Of a stretch of DNA of 64,000 nt, positions 27,556 to 37,935 are shown piece by piece (position 1 is the first letter of the stretch; each line of letters begins with the position of its first letter). The translations under genes were made by a program, and so were the position numbers. The notes under the pieces were generated by a model, which made no database searches, was not told where the DNA came from, and was given only the letters and a program-made list of their open reading frames with translations. Where the stretch lies: positions 2,592,001 to 2,656,000 of the forward strand of contig OZ245842.1 of NCBI GenBank assembly GCA_965228895.1, read 5' to 3'. Origin of the DNA: Alphaproteobacteria bacterium (GTDB taxonomy: Bacteria; Pseudomonadota; Alphaproteobacteria; SP197).

Positions 27556-28335
27556 ATGTCCCCGCATCACATGCCCCAGATGACATGGCAGGAAGTCGGC
27601 CAGCGCTTCGAGGATGGCGCGATCGTATTGCTGCCGATCGGCTCCAACGAAGGCCACGGCAAGCACCTTCCCCTGGCGACCGACACCATCGTCGCCGTGC
27701 ATACCTGCGAGCTTGTTGCCGAACGGATCGATGCGGTGATCGCGCCGGCGATTCCCTGGGGCTACAAGTCGCAAATGCGTACCGGCGGCGGCCACCACCG
27801 GACCGGCAATATCGGCCTGACCGCCAACACGCTCTCGGCGCTCGCGGCCGAGGTCCTGGTCGACCTGATGGAAAAGGGCGTGCGCCGTGTCGCCCTGATC
27901 AACGGCCACTACGAGAACACATGGTTCATTACCGAGGCCTGCCACCGCGCGATCCGCGAAGCCGGTTTGCCGGAAGGCGAGTTGCGCATGCTGAGCACCG
28001 CGTGGTGGGAGCTGACCGATGACGACGTGCTGAAGGCATGTTTTGAACGGCCGCCCGGCAAAATCGAATACGAACACGGCGCGCTTCTGGAAACCTCCAT
28101 CATGCTGTCGGCCAGACCCGACCTCGTGCATATGGACCGCCTGCCCCGTCACGACTTCCCAGAGTTTCCGCCCTATGACATTTTCCCGCCCGATATGAGC
28201 TGGGCGAACGAAACCGGCGTGCTGGCGCCGACGGACGGCGCCAACGCGGAGTCCGGCGCAAAGCTCATGACCATCATTGCCGATCGCATCGCGGAAGCCG
28301 TGATCAAGGAACTGGGCGCCATCCGGCGCGTCTGA
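27556..28335 (+). CDS. Creatininase/amidohydrolase family protein
   Basis: PIGSNEGHGKHLPLATD, NGHYEN, HGALLETS. Confidence 0.9.
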   Translation: MSPHHMPQMTWQEVGQRFEDGAIVLLPIGSNEGHGKHLPLATDTIVAVHTCELVAERIDAVIAPAIPWGYKSQMRTGGGHHRTGNIGLTANTLSALAAEVLVDLMEKGVRRVALINGHYENTWFITEACHRAIREAGLPEGELRMLSTAWWELTDDDVLKACFERPPGKIEYEHGALLETSIMLSARPDLVHMDRLPRHDFPEFPPYDIFPPDMSWANETGVLAPTDGANAESGAKLMTIIADRIAEAVIKELGAIRRV

Positions 28336-28341
28336 ATCGTC

Positions 28342-30114
28342 TCAAGATTTGGCCGGCGCCACGTCCTCGACCACAAGCTGCGCGCCCTCGCGGCCCTGCC
28401 ATCGATCGGCCCGCAGATGGCCGGCCACGTGCAACGGCGCACCGCCTGCACTCATCAAGGTCTGGCCCAGCGGCGTCCCGGCGGCGCGAAAGGCGATTGC
28501 CTTCAGACGCGCGCCATCACCGCCGCCCAGGATGCAGCGCACGTGGTCGGCACCGACGACATCAGCGCGCACGACCCTGGCATCGGCAACGGCAAAGCGC
28601 GGCTCCGCGTTGCCGACCCCAAACGGGCCCACCCGCTCAACCGTGTTGACCAGTTCGGGCGTTGCCGCGCCTGCACTCAACGCGCCGTCGATGCCGATAT
28701 CCGGTGTCGTGCCCGTGGCAACACCGGCGTCGGCCAAACGCGTCTGCAGAAACGCGGTGACGTCACCAAGCCTATCCGCATCGACCGTGATACCGGCCGC
28801 CATCGGATGGCCGCCGCCGTTGATCAACAAGCCGGCTTGCCGCGCCGCCGTGACGGCCGCGCCAAGATCGATCCCCGCCACGGAACGGCCCGAGCCCTTG
28901 CCGACGCTGTCGGACAATGACACGACAACGGCCGGGCGATGGAATCGGTCGACCAAGCGGCTCGCGACAATGCCGATGACGCCGGGATGCCAGCTCTCGG
29001 ACGCCACCACGATCAGACTGGGGTCGGAATCTAAGGCGGCCTCGGCCTGATCCAGCGCTTCGTTCAAGACGGCCTTTTCAAGCGCGCGGCGTTCGGTGTT
29101 GAAACCATCAAGCCGCATGGCGATCCCTACCGCCTCGTCGGCATCGTGGGTGCTGAGCAGGCGCGCACCGAGATCCGGCTGGCCGACGCGACCGCCGGCG
29201 TTGATCCGTGGCCCCAACACGAACCCCGCATGGTAAGCGCCAGGGGTTTCGTTGACGCCCGCTATCTCCGCCAGCGCGTTCAGACCCGTGTTACCGCGCC
29301 GGCCCAGCACCTTCAAACCCTGCGTGACCAAAGCGCGGTTGAGACCCGAGAGCGGTACGGCGTCGCAAACCGTGCCGAGGGCAACGAGGTCCAGCCACGA
29401 CATGAGGTCGGGTTCCGTCCGGTCCTTGAACCAGCCGCGCTGACGCAACATGCGGTTGACCGCCACGACGGTCATGAAGGTCACGCCGACTGCGGCAAGC
29501 TGACCGAGCCCGCTGCTGTCATCGAGACGATTGGGGTTCACGACCGCATGCGCGCGCGGCAAGTCGGCCTCGGCCATGTGGTGGTCCAGGACAATCACGT
29601 CGATGCCGGCCTCGGCAGCAAGACGCAACGGTTCGTGAGCCGCGATACCGCAGTCGACGGTGACGACGACGCCCGCCCCACGGTCGCGCAACCTGACCAG
29701 CGCCGGTGCGTTGGGTCCGTAACCTTCCTTGATGCGATCGGGTATATGGATTGCGATACCGCCACCGACCGCCTGGACATAGCGCGATAGAAGCGCCGAT
29801 GAGGTCGCGCCGTCGACATCGTAGTCGCCGAACACACCGATCGTCTGCCCGGCCTCGATAGCGTCGGCCAGCCGTGCTGCCGCGCTTTCCATGTCGGTCA
29901 GCGACAGGGGATCGGGCAGCGCCGAGCGCAAGGTGGGATTGAGGAACGTCTCGACGCCGTCAAGATCGACACCGCGCGCGGCCAGAACACGGCCTACAAC
30001 CTCGGGCAGATCCAGGCGCTGGGATAACGCCACGGCCAGAGCCTCGTCTTTCAGGCGCGGCCGCCAACGGCGTCCGGTTACGGAACGGTCGACGCCGAGG
30101 ACCGCGTCCGTCAC
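28342..30114 (-). CDS. recJ: ssDNA exonuclease RecJ
   Basis: GDYDVDG, DHH, GPRINAGGR, GGHPMAAG. Confidence 0.97.
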   Translation of the reverse strand: MTDAVLGVDRSVTGRRWRPRLKDEALAVALSQRLDLPEVVGRVLAARGVDLDGVETFLNPTLRSALPDPLSLTDMESAAARLADAIEAGQTIGVFGDYDVDGATSSALLSRYVQAVGGGIAIHIPDRIKEGYGPNAPALVRLRDRGAGVVVTVDCGIAAHEPLRLAAEAGIDVIVLDHHMAEADLPRAHAVVNPNRLDDSSGLGQLAAVGVTFMTVVAVNRMLRQRGWFKDRTEPDLMSWLDLVALGTVCDAVPLSGLNRALVTQGLKVLGRRGNTGLNALAEIAGVNETPGAYHAGFVLGPRINAGGRVGQPDLGARLLSTHDADEAVGIAMRLDGFNTERRALEKAVLNEALDQAEAALDSDPSLIVVASESWHPGVIGIVASRLVDRFHRPAVVVSLSDSVGKGSGRSVAGIDLGAAVTAARQAGLLINGGGHPMAAGITVDADRLGDVTAFLQTRLADAGVATGTTPDIGIDGALSAGAATPELVNTVERVGPFGVGNAEPRFAVADARVVRADVVGADHVRCILGGGDGARLKAIAFRAAGTPLGQTLMSAGGAPLHVAGHLRADRWQGREGAQLVVEDVAPAKS

Positions 30115-30119
30115 GGCGA

Positions 30120-31094
30120 CTAGTTGCCCATCAGATAGGTCTTGCGCGCGAGATTGTGATCCGCCGAGACCTTACGCACGGTTCCGCTGCGCGAACGCAT
30201 GACAATCGATTCCGTCTGCACGTGATCGCCGTGGCGATGCACACCGCGCAACATCCAACCGTCGGTAACGCCGGTGGCCGAAAAGAAGATATCGCCATGG
30301 GCGAGTTCACCGATGGCATAGGTCTTGCCAAGATCGGCTATGCCCATCTTGCCGGCGCGGACCTTTTCGTCATCGTTGCGGAAATTGAGCTTGCCCTGAA
30401 ACTGGCCGCCGATGCATTGCAGCGCGGCGGCCGCAAGCACACCCTCGGGCGCACCACCAATGCCCATATAGATATCAATGCCGGTTTCCGGCCGTGTCGT
30501 CGCGATGACGCCGGCGACGTCGCCGTCCTGGATCAAACGAATTCGCGCGCCGGAGTCGCGGACCGCGGCAATCAGATCCGCGTGGCGTGGCCGGTTGAGG
30601 ATCAGAACGACCAGATCCTCAACGCGCTTTCCCTTGGCTTCGGCAAGTCGGTGCAGGTTCGCCTTGGGTTTGTCGTTGAGGTCGATCACGCCGTCCGGCA
30701 GACCACCGCCAACGGCGATCTTATCCATATAGGTGTCCGGCGCGTTCAAGAAGCCGCCATCCTCCGCAAAAGCGAGGACGGCCAGCGAATTGGCGCCACC
30801 GGTCGCACAGATGGTCGTGCCTTCCAGGGGGTCGAGGGCGATATCGACCTTCGGACCCTTTCCGGTACCGACCTTCTCGCCGATATAGAGCATCGGCGCC
30901 TCATCGCGTTCGCCCTCGCCGATAACAACGGTGCCCTCGATGTCCAGGCCGTTCAGCCAGGTACGCATGGCGTCGACCGCGACCTGGTCGGCTGCTTTCT
31001 CGTCACCACGCCCCATCAACGATGATGCCGCGACTGCGGCCGCCTCGGTGACGCGAACGGCTTCCAGTGCCAGATCCCGATCCAGCTCCGTCAT
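30120..31094 (-). CDS. glpX: Fructose-1,6-bisphosphatase class II
   Basis: VIGEGERDEAPMLYIGE, DPLEGT, GGAPEGV. Confidence 0.96.
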   Translation of the reverse strand: MTELDRDLALEAVRVTEAAAVAASSLMGRGDEKAADQVAVDAMRTWLNGLDIEGTVVIGEGERDEAPMLYIGEKVGTGKGPKVDIALDPLEGTTICATGGANSLAVLAFAEDGGFLNAPDTYMDKIAVGGGLPDGVIDLNDKPKANLHRLAEAKGKRVEDLVVLILNRPRHADLIAAVRDSGARIRLIQDGDVAGVIATTRPETGIDIYMGIGGAPEGVLAAAALQCIGGQFQGKLNFRNDDEKVRAGKMGIADLGKTYAIGELAHGDIFFSATGVTDGWMLRGVHRHGDHVQTESIVMRSRSGTVRKVSADHNLARKTYLMGN

Positions 31095-31128
31095 GGTTCC
31101 TCCTGTGTTCGGTCCCCTGCAGTCTAGG

Positions 31129-32418
31129 CTACAGGTTTTCAATCCTGATCATGCGCGGTTGTTCGACCATGACATCAAGCGCGGCAATACGCTTCAGCGC
31201 TTCCATCATGGCGGACTCTTCGGTGTCGTGTGTCGTCAGCACCACGGGAACCCGCTCGCCGGGATCGCGGCCGCGCTGCAGCAGGCTTTCAAGCGAGATC
31301 GCCTGGTCGCGCAGGATGGCCGAAATGTCAGCGATGACGCCCGGCTGATCGACCACGTGCAAACAGATGTAGTAGCAGCCAAAGCGCCGATCCATCGGCG
31401 CGCCGGGCTGTTCCTTCAACTCGTTGGCCGGCATGTTGAACAGCGGCAAACGGATGCCGCGCGCAATGTCGATGATGTCGGCCGCCACCGCCGACGCGGT
31501 GGGGCCGCCGCCGGCGCCACGCCCGACATAGGTCGTGACATCGGCCTGGTCGCTTTCCACCTCCACGGCGTTAAACACACCGTTGACGTGCGCGATGTTG
31601 GCATCCAGCGGCACCATGCAGGGATGAACGCGCTGAGCTATGCCGTGGTCGGTCTCCTCGGCGATACCCAACAGCTTGACGTCGTAGCCGAGCTCCGCGG
31701 CGAACGCGATATCCTCTGGCGTGACAGGCTCGATGCCCTCGACATGCACGCCATCAAAGTCTACCGGCCGGCCGAATGCCAGGCTGGTCAGGATGGCGAG
31801 CTTGTGGGCGGCGTCGCCGCCGCCGACGTCCAGGGTCGGATCGGCTTCGGCGTAGCCCAGCTCTTGCGCCTCGGCCAGCACGTTGGCGAATGGCGCGCCG
31901 TGCTGACCCATCTGGGTCAGGATGTAGTTGGAGGTGCCGTTCAAGATACCGTAGAGGCGCTTGATCCGATTGCCGGCCAACCCCTCGCGCAGCGCCTTGA
32001 CGATCGGGATGCCGCCCGCGACGGCAGCCTCGTAACCGACATGCACACCGTTGGCGTCGGCGAGCCGCGCGATTTCGGTCCCGTGGACGGCGAGCAGCGC
32101 CTTGTTCGCGGTAACCACATGCTTACCGGCGGCAACCGCGTCGCGCACCAGGTGAAGCGCGATACCGTCTTCGCCGCCAATCAGTTCGACGACAACATCG
32201 ACGTCATCGCGTGCGGCAAGTGCACGCGCATCGTCACACCATGCCATTCCGCTCAGGTCGACGCCGCGGTCGCGCGATTTATCACGCGCGGCAACCGCGC
32301 TGACCTCCAGCACGCAGCCGGCGCGCTGCTCGATCGTCGCCTTGTTGTCGCGCAACAGGGCAAGCAAGCCACAACCGACCGTGCCCAAGCCGGCAATTCC
32401 CAGACGCAGCGTTGCCAT
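31129..32418 (-). CDS. hom: Homoserine dehydrogenase
   Basis: GLGTVG, HVVTANK, EAAVAGGIP, C-terminal ACT domain. Confidence 0.96.
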   Translation of the reverse strand: MATLRLGIAGLGTVGCGLLALLRDNKATIEQRAGCVLEVSAVAARDKSRDRGVDLSGMAWCDDARALAARDDVDVVVELIGGEDGIALHLVRDAVAAGKHVVTANKALLAVHGTEIARLADANGVHVGYEAAVAGGIPIVKALREGLAGNRIKRLYGILNGTSNYILTQMGQHGAPFANVLAEAQELGYAEADPTLDVGGGDAAHKLAILTSLAFGRPVDFDGVHVEGIEPVTPEDIAFAAELGYDVKLLGIAEETDHGIAQRVHPCMVPLDANIAHVNGVFNAVEVESDQADVTTYVGRGAGGGPTASAVAADIIDIARGIRLPLFNMPANELKEQPGAPMDRRFGCYYICLHVVDQPGVIADISAILRDQAISLESLLQRGRDPGERVPVVLTTHDTEESAMMEALKRIAALDVMVEQPRMIRIENL

Positions 32419-34151
32419 TAGTTCGTAACGTAGACTTCGACGCGCCGCTGTTGGGCCTCGTCGAGTTGGCCCTGGGCCAGATGAACAAAGGATTGATCGC
32501 CCTGGGCGTCAACGACGATATCGCGGCTGGGCACGCCCTGACGGACGAGTTCGTCGGCGACGGCCGTTGCGCGGTCGACCGAGATCTTGAAGTTGACCAG
32601 CGCCTCGTCGGTCGCGTTCTTGTTGCCGGGATCGTGGCTGGCATAGCCGACCAATCTGATCTTCCCGCCGCGCTCGCGGTAAATGGCGGCCAGCTGCCCG
32701 ATGATCTCGCGGTCCCTGTTATCGAGCGCTGTCGACCCGAGGTTGAACCGGATGATGGCGGCCAGTGTCTCAAAGCCGTTGGCGGTGATGGTTGGCGACG
32801 GCGCATCGGAGAAGCTCGCGGTCACGGTAGCCGCGCCCGAACCCGACGACACCGCATTGGCGCCGGACTCCGCAAACAACGCATCGAATGTTTGCTGGAT
32901 GCCGCCGGAGCCCCCGCTGGAAACGGTGACCTCGCGTTCGACGACTTCCTGCGAAGACGAGGCCACGCTCTCCTCAACCACGACGACCGTCGGCGCCGCC
33001 ACAACGACGACCTCCTCGGCAACAGTTTCATCAACGACAACCGTTTCCGCAGCCATCGAGTCAGAAATCGAGTCAGGCATCGATTCAGGCATCGAGGACG
33101 TAGGCGCCGGCGCCACGGCCACGTCCGTTACAACCATCCGGCCGACCGCCTGCGGCGGCAGCGCGTCATCGGGCGAGCCCACGGGCACCTGAATTTCGGG
33201 TTCGCCCGGACTGACAACCGTCTCGCTCACCACCACTTCGTCGGCCATGCCGCTCGTTGCGACACTCTCGGTGACGATCGCCTCCTCGACGACAGCAGTG
33301 GTGGATGAAGGCGTCGTCTCGGTAGCAGCGATGCTCTCTGCGCTTGATTCATCGACGTCGTCGCTGGGCAAGGAAAACAAATCGGCATTATCGGCGTCGC
33401 GCTCGGACTGGGCGACGAGAGACTGACTTGTTGGTTCCGCCTCGTCCGCAACCGCTTGGGAGACGACACTACCTTCGGTCATCGCTTCGACGCTCGTTGT
33501 CTCCTCAACGGCCACCTCCTCGACGACCGTCTCTTCGACCACCGCCTCCGCGACAACAGTCTTCTCAACAACGATCTCTTCGGCGACGAGTTCGCCGGTC
33601 GCCGACGTCACTGTCTCGACTTCCTGGACCTCTGTGACCTCTGTGACCTCTGTGACCTCAACGTCTTCGACGACGGTCACGGTCTCTACTGCCTCACTCT
33701 CTTCGGCTTCACTCTCGCCGCCGAAATCCAAGAACCCGAAAATGTCGTCATCCTCGGCGTCTTCCTGGATCTCCTCTTCGATGACTTCGGGTGCGGGTTC
33801 CGGGACAGGCTCAAACTCGACCTCTTCCTCGGCACGCTGATAGGTGCCGCTGCTGTGCTGGGCGTTCTGAAGGTCGGATGTCAGCGACTGCTCCATCTGC
33901 TCGATATCCTCGAGGGTGGAAACATTTTCCGGCGGTTCTGGCACCGAGCCGAGCGTCGGGAAGTCTTCATCGGCACCAGGGACCTCGCCCTCCACCTCCG
34001 GTTCGCCCGACCAATCGGTGATGTCGTAGTCGTCAGGCCAATCCGCGCACGCCGCAAGCACGACACAGGCCGCCACAACCCCTAGGGGCCGGGCAACAGC
34101 CAGGCGCCAATGCCGCCAGCCAATCCGATCTTTTGCACTGCAATCTGACAT
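32418..34151 (-). CDS. OmpA-family lipoprotein with long acidic low-complexity linker
   Basis: Lipobox LAAC; C-terminal VGYAS...NFKISVDRATAVADEL...RRVEV. Confidence 0.8.
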   Translation of the reverse strand: MSDCSAKDRIGWRHWRLAVARPLGVVAACVVLAACADWPDDYDITDWSGEPEVEGEVPGADEDFPTLGSVPEPPENVSTLEDIEQMEQSLTSDLQNAQHSSGTYQRAEEEVEFEPVPEPAPEVIEEEIQEDAEDDDIFGFLDFGGESEAEESEAVETVTVVEDVEVTEVTEVTEVQEVETVTSATGELVAEEIVVEKTVVAEAVVEETVVEEVAVEETTSVEAMTEGSVVSQAVADEAEPTSQSLVAQSERDADNADLFSLPSDDVDESSAESIAATETTPSSTTAVVEEAIVTESVATSGMADEVVVSETVVSPGEPEIQVPVGSPDDALPPQAVGRMVVTDVAVAPAPTSSMPESMPDSISDSMAAETVVVDETVAEEVVVVAAPTVVVVEESVASSSQEVVEREVTVSSGGSGGIQQTFDALFAESGANAVSSGSGAATVTASFSDAPSPTITANGFETLAAIIRFNLGSTALDNRDREIIGQLAAIYRERGGKIRLVGYASHDPGNKNATDEALVNFKISVDRATAVADELVRQGVPSRDIVVDAQGDQSFVHLAQGQLDEAQQRRVEVYVTN

Positions 34152-34275
34152 GGAATCCGTATATGTTCCGCGCCTACGCGAGGGCCAATACCTTAACCAT
34201 TTTGCCCCCCACGACAACCGGGAACCGTCCTATCGGGCACCCGATTTGTCGGCGGCGGGGCCGAAAGACAGGTTG

Positions 34276-36069
34276 ATGAACAAGCAGACGACCGAAGAAA
34301 CCTCCGGACCGGATCTTGACCCCAACGAGTGGGCCAAGATTGTCGAGCAGAGCCAGCGGGTGATGCAGGAGTATATGAGCCGCCAGGCGAGCGACTCCGG
34401 CGCTTTCGACGATGCCATGCGCATCGGCCAGACCTTCATGGAAGCGACCGCCCGACTGATGAGCGATCCCGCCCGCCTGTTCGAAGCCCAGGCAAGTCTA
34501 TGGCAAAGCTACATGGACCTGTGGCAGACGACCGCCCGGCGCATGGCCGGCGAAGAGGTCGAGCCCGTGGTCGCGCCGGCCAAGGACGACCGGCGTTTCC
34601 GCGATGAGCATTGGAGCGACAACGCGGTCTTCGATTATCTCAAGCAGTCCTACCTGCTGACATCGAACTGGCTGACCTCGACCCTCTCCGATGTCGAGGG
34701 TTTGGACAAGAAGACCCAGCACAAGCTGGATTTCTACACCAAGTTGATCGCCGACGCGGCCGCGCCGACCAACTTTGTCATGACCAACCCGGAGGTCCTG
34801 CGCGCGACGTACGAAAGCCACGGAGAGAACCTGGTCAAAGGTCTGAAGAACCTGTTGGACGACTTCGAGCGCGGCAATGGCCAGCTCGCCATACGCATGG
34901 TCGACGAAAAGGCGTTTAAAGTTGGCGAAAACCTGGCGGTGACGCCGGGCAAAGTCGTCTACCAGAACGACCTGATGCAACTGATCCAGTACACGCCGAC
35001 GACCGAAACCGTGCACAAAACGCCGCTGCTAATCGTGCCGCCGTGGATCAACAAGTTCTACATTCTGGACCTGAAACCGGAGAACTCGTTCATTCGTTGG
35101 ACTGTTGAACAGGGGTTTACAGTCTTCGTCGTCTCCTGGGTCAATCCCGACGAAAAACTCGCCCAAAAGACGTTCGACGACTATCTGCTCGAAGGCCCGC
35201 TCGCGGCCATCGATGCGGTGAAGAAGGCGACCGGCGAAACCAAGATCAACACCGTCGGCTACTGCATTGGCGGTACGCTGCTGGCCTGTGCCATGGCTTA
35301 CCTCGCCAAACAGAAGAAAAAGTCGCCGGTGGCGTCGGCGACCTATCTCACCACCCTGGTCGATTTCGAGCAGGTCGGCGATGTCGGCGTTTTTGTCGAC
35401 GAGGAGCAGGTCGAGGGCCTTGAGAAGCTGATGGCCAAGCGCGGCTATCTCGAGGGTTCCGAGATGGCGGCGACGTTCAACACATTGCGCGCCAACGACC
35501 TCATCTGGTCCTTTGTGATCAACAACTACATGCTGGGCAAGGAACCCTTCCCCTTCGATATCCTGTTCTGGAACGGGGACTCGACGCGCATGCCTGCGGC
35601 CATGCACAGCTTCTATCTGCGCAAGCTTTATCTGGCGAACGCGCTGTCGAAGGGCGAGCTCGTCCTTCTCGACACGCCGCTCGATCTCGGCCGCGTCAAA
35701 CAGCCGTCTTACATCCTGTCGACGATCGACGACCACATCGCGCCTTGGGTGTCGACCTACAAGGCGACGCAGCTCTATGGCGGCGACATCACCTTTACCC
35801 TCGCCATGTCCGGCCACGTCGCCGGCGTCGTGAACCCGCCCGCGAAGAACAAGTATGGCTATTGGACCCATGACGACCTCAAGGCGAGCCCCCAAGCCTG
35901 GCTGGACAGTGCCGAACAGCATGAGGGTTCCTGGTGGCCCGATTGGGCGACATGGCTTGCTAAACAGTCTGGCGAGCACGTTCCCGCCCGCACCCCCGGC
36001 GACGGCAAACTCGAGGTCATCGAGGATGCGCCGGGCTCTTACGTCAAGGTCGACCTGCGCCAGGATTGA
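34276..36069 (+). CDS. phaC: Class I PHA synthase
   Basis: PPWINKFYILDL, GYCIGG lipase box, DHIAPW, SGHVAG, GSWWPDW. Confidence 0.96.
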   Translation: MNKQTTEETSGPDLDPNEWAKIVEQSQRVMQEYMSRQASDSGAFDDAMRIGQTFMEATARLMSDPARLFEAQASLWQSYMDLWQTTARRMAGEEVEPVVAPAKDDRRFRDEHWSDNAVFDYLKQSYLLTSNWLTSTLSDVEGLDKKTQHKLDFYTKLIADAAAPTNFVMTNPEVLRATYESHGENLVKGLKNLLDDFERGNGQLAIRMVDEKAFKVGENLAVTPGKVVYQNDLMQLIQYTPTTETVHKTPLLIVPPWINKFYILDLKPENSFIRWTVEQGFTVFVVSWVNPDEKLAQKTFDDYLLEGPLAAIDAVKKATGETKINTVGYCIGGTLLACAMAYLAKQKKKSPVASATYLTTLVDFEQVGDVGVFVDEEQVEGLEKLMAKRGYLEGSEMAATFNTLRANDLIWSFVINNYMLGKEPFPFDILFWNGDSTRMPAAMHSFYLRKLYLANALSKGELVLLDTPLDLGRVKQPSYILSTIDDHIAPWVSTYKATQLYGGDITFTLAMSGHVAGVVNPPAKNKYGYWTHDDLKASPQAWLDSAEQHEGSWWPDWATWLAKQSGEHVPARTPGDGKLEVIEDAPGSYVKVDLRQD

Positions 36070-36125
36070 TACCATTCAATAGAGCGCGGGCAACCTCGGA
36101 TGGACCCGGTTAAGATGTGCCGGCC

Positions 36126-36731
36126 ATGGACCTCGTGCTCTTCACCAGCCTGCTCAGCCTGGCCTTCGTCGGGGCGGTCACGCCAGGCCCGAACAACCTG
36201 ATGATCATGACGTCCAGCGCGGCGTTCGGTTGGCGTCGTAGCCTGCAGCACCTGTGGGGTATCGCGATCGGGTTCGGCTTCATGAACGCGGTGGTGACAC
36301 TGGGCTTAGGCCAAGTCGTCCAGCAGCTTCCCGAGCTCTTGGTCGCCGTTAAGATCGTTGGAGCAGCCTGGCTGTTGTGGCTGGCCTATCAATTCATTCG
36401 GCCCAAGGCTGCGTCTCAGGACGGCGAACCGAGCAGCGGGCGTCCGCTGCGCTTTTATGAAGCCGCGTTGTTCCAATGGGTCAACCCGAAGGGATGGACC
36501 TTTGCGCTTGCCGTGGCCAGCGGCTATGTCGGCCTGTTGCCGTCCCACTGGTCGCGCGCCGGCGTTGTCGGACTGGTTTTTGTCGTCATGGCATTGCTGT
36601 GCGCCGGCACATGGATGATGGCGGGCGAAGCCCTGCATCGCTATCTCAAGGGTCCCCAGGCGAACCGCATCTTCGGCCTGATCATGGCCGGCGTCATCGC
36701 CGCGACGGCGGTGGTTATTCTTTTGTCTTAG
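36126..36731 (+). CDS. LysE-family translocator
   Basis: TPGPNN, FQWVNPKGW. Confidence 0.9.
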   Translation: MDLVLFTSLLSLAFVGAVTPGPNNLMIMTSSAAFGWRRSLQHLWGIAIGFGFMNAVVTLGLGQVVQQLPELLVAVKIVGAAWLLWLAYQFIRPKAASQDGEPSSGRPLRFYEAALFQWVNPKGWTFALAVASGYVGLLPSHWSRAGVVGLVFVVMALLCAGTWMMAGEALHRYLKGPQANRIFGLIMAGVIAATAVVILLS

Positions 36732-36744
36732 CGCCAAACACGGC

Positions 36745-37380
36745 TCACTGTTGCCTCAGCAAGTCACTGACCGTGTCCGATTGATAGAGGTCATCGGGCG
36801 TATCGAAGACGTAAGCCTCCCAGCCGGCCGCAATGGCGCCCTGCACCACGGCTTGGTTATCGTCGAAGAAGATGAGCGGATCGTCGTCCGGTTTACCAAT
36901 CAGGTCCTCCGCCCTCTCGAAAAACGCGGGCTCTGGTTTGAGACAGCCGACCCGGCCAGAGTTGATGATGTCCACGAAGTAGCGATTAAAGCCAACGACC
37001 TCCATGAGGTAGCGTGCTCGCGTGTTCTCTTGGTTGGTTGCGATGAACAGCTGTAGGTCCGGCACTGCTGCCAGCCGTTCGACATGAGCGATCAGATCAT
37101 CGTTGACGACGCCGTCCCGCTCCATCCAGTAATCAATGAAGACCTGTGGATCGCCGGCATAGCCAAGGGTTGGCAGCACGTCTTTAAGAGCAGCATAGAG
37201 GTCCAGGCGGCCCGTCAGCACGTCGTGCGCAAACACGCCGCGAATGAACGTGTCGGCAAAGTCCTCACGCGATACCCCGAAGTCGGACTCCAGTTCTTCA
37301 TCCCAACATCGGCGACGCTCGGGCTTCGCGTGGTAGCCGTGGATCAGAACGCCGTCCACGTCGAAGAGTATGATCGTCAC
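36745..37380 (-). CDS. HAD-family hydrolase
   Basis: FDVDGVL, KP, FFDD. Confidence 0.88.
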   Translation of the reverse strand: MTIILFDVDGVLIHGYHAKPERRRCWDEELESDFGVSREDFADTFIRGVFAHDVLTGRLDLYAALKDVLPTLGYAGDPQVFIDYWMERDGVVNDDLIAHVERLAAVPDLQLFIATNQENTRARYLMEVVGFNRYFVDIINSGRVGCLKPEPAFFERAEDLIGKPDDDPLIFFDDNQAVVQGAIAAGWEAYVFDTPDDLYQSDTVSDLLRQQ

Positions 37381-37395
37381 CGGATTCGCCCAAGC

Positions 37396-37935
37396 CTATA
37401 GAGACCCAATCGTCTCGCGATAGATCTTCGCGTGGTTCACATAACGGTCGATGGTCGCCTGGAAGCCAGCAATCTCGTCATCCGACAGATCGCGCATTTT
37501 CTTGGCCGGACTGCCGGCCCATAGCTCGCCTGCCGGCACGCGTTTTCCCGGTGTCACCAGCGCACCGGCCGCGACCATCGCGCCGGTCTCGACAACCGCG
37601 TCGTCCATCACGGTCGCGCGCATGCCGATAAAACTACGGTCTTCCAGCGTGCAGGCATGGATCAGGCAGTGGTGGCCGATGGTGACCTCGTCACCGATGA
37701 CGGTCGGCGAACCCTTCCCGCTGACGTGAACGACCGTCGCGTCCTGGATGTTGGTCCGCGCGCCGATGGTGATCGAGTTGACATCGCCACGCAGGACCGA
37801 GCTGGGAAAGACGCCGGTCAGCGAGCCGATCGTCACCTCGCCGGCGACGAAGACGCCGGGTGCCACGAACGCGTCATCGGCGATCTGCGGCCAGACGCCG
37901 TGATGGGGCAGAATGATCGGTCCCGGCACACTCAC
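37396..37935 (-). CDS. Gamma carbonic anhydrase-family hexapeptide-repeat protein
   Basis: LRGDVNSITIGARTNIQD, VTIGH, WAGSPAK; GTG start overlapping argC stop. Confidence 0.9.
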   Translation of the reverse strand: MSVPGPIILPHHGVWPQIADDAFVAPGVFVAGEVTIGSLTGVFPSSVLRGDVNSITIGARTNIQDATVVHVSGKGSPTVIGDEVTIGHHCLIHACTLEDRSFIGMRATVMDDAVVETGAMVAAGALVTPGKRVPAGELWAGSPAKKMRDLSDDEIAGFQATIDRYVNHAKIYRETIGSL

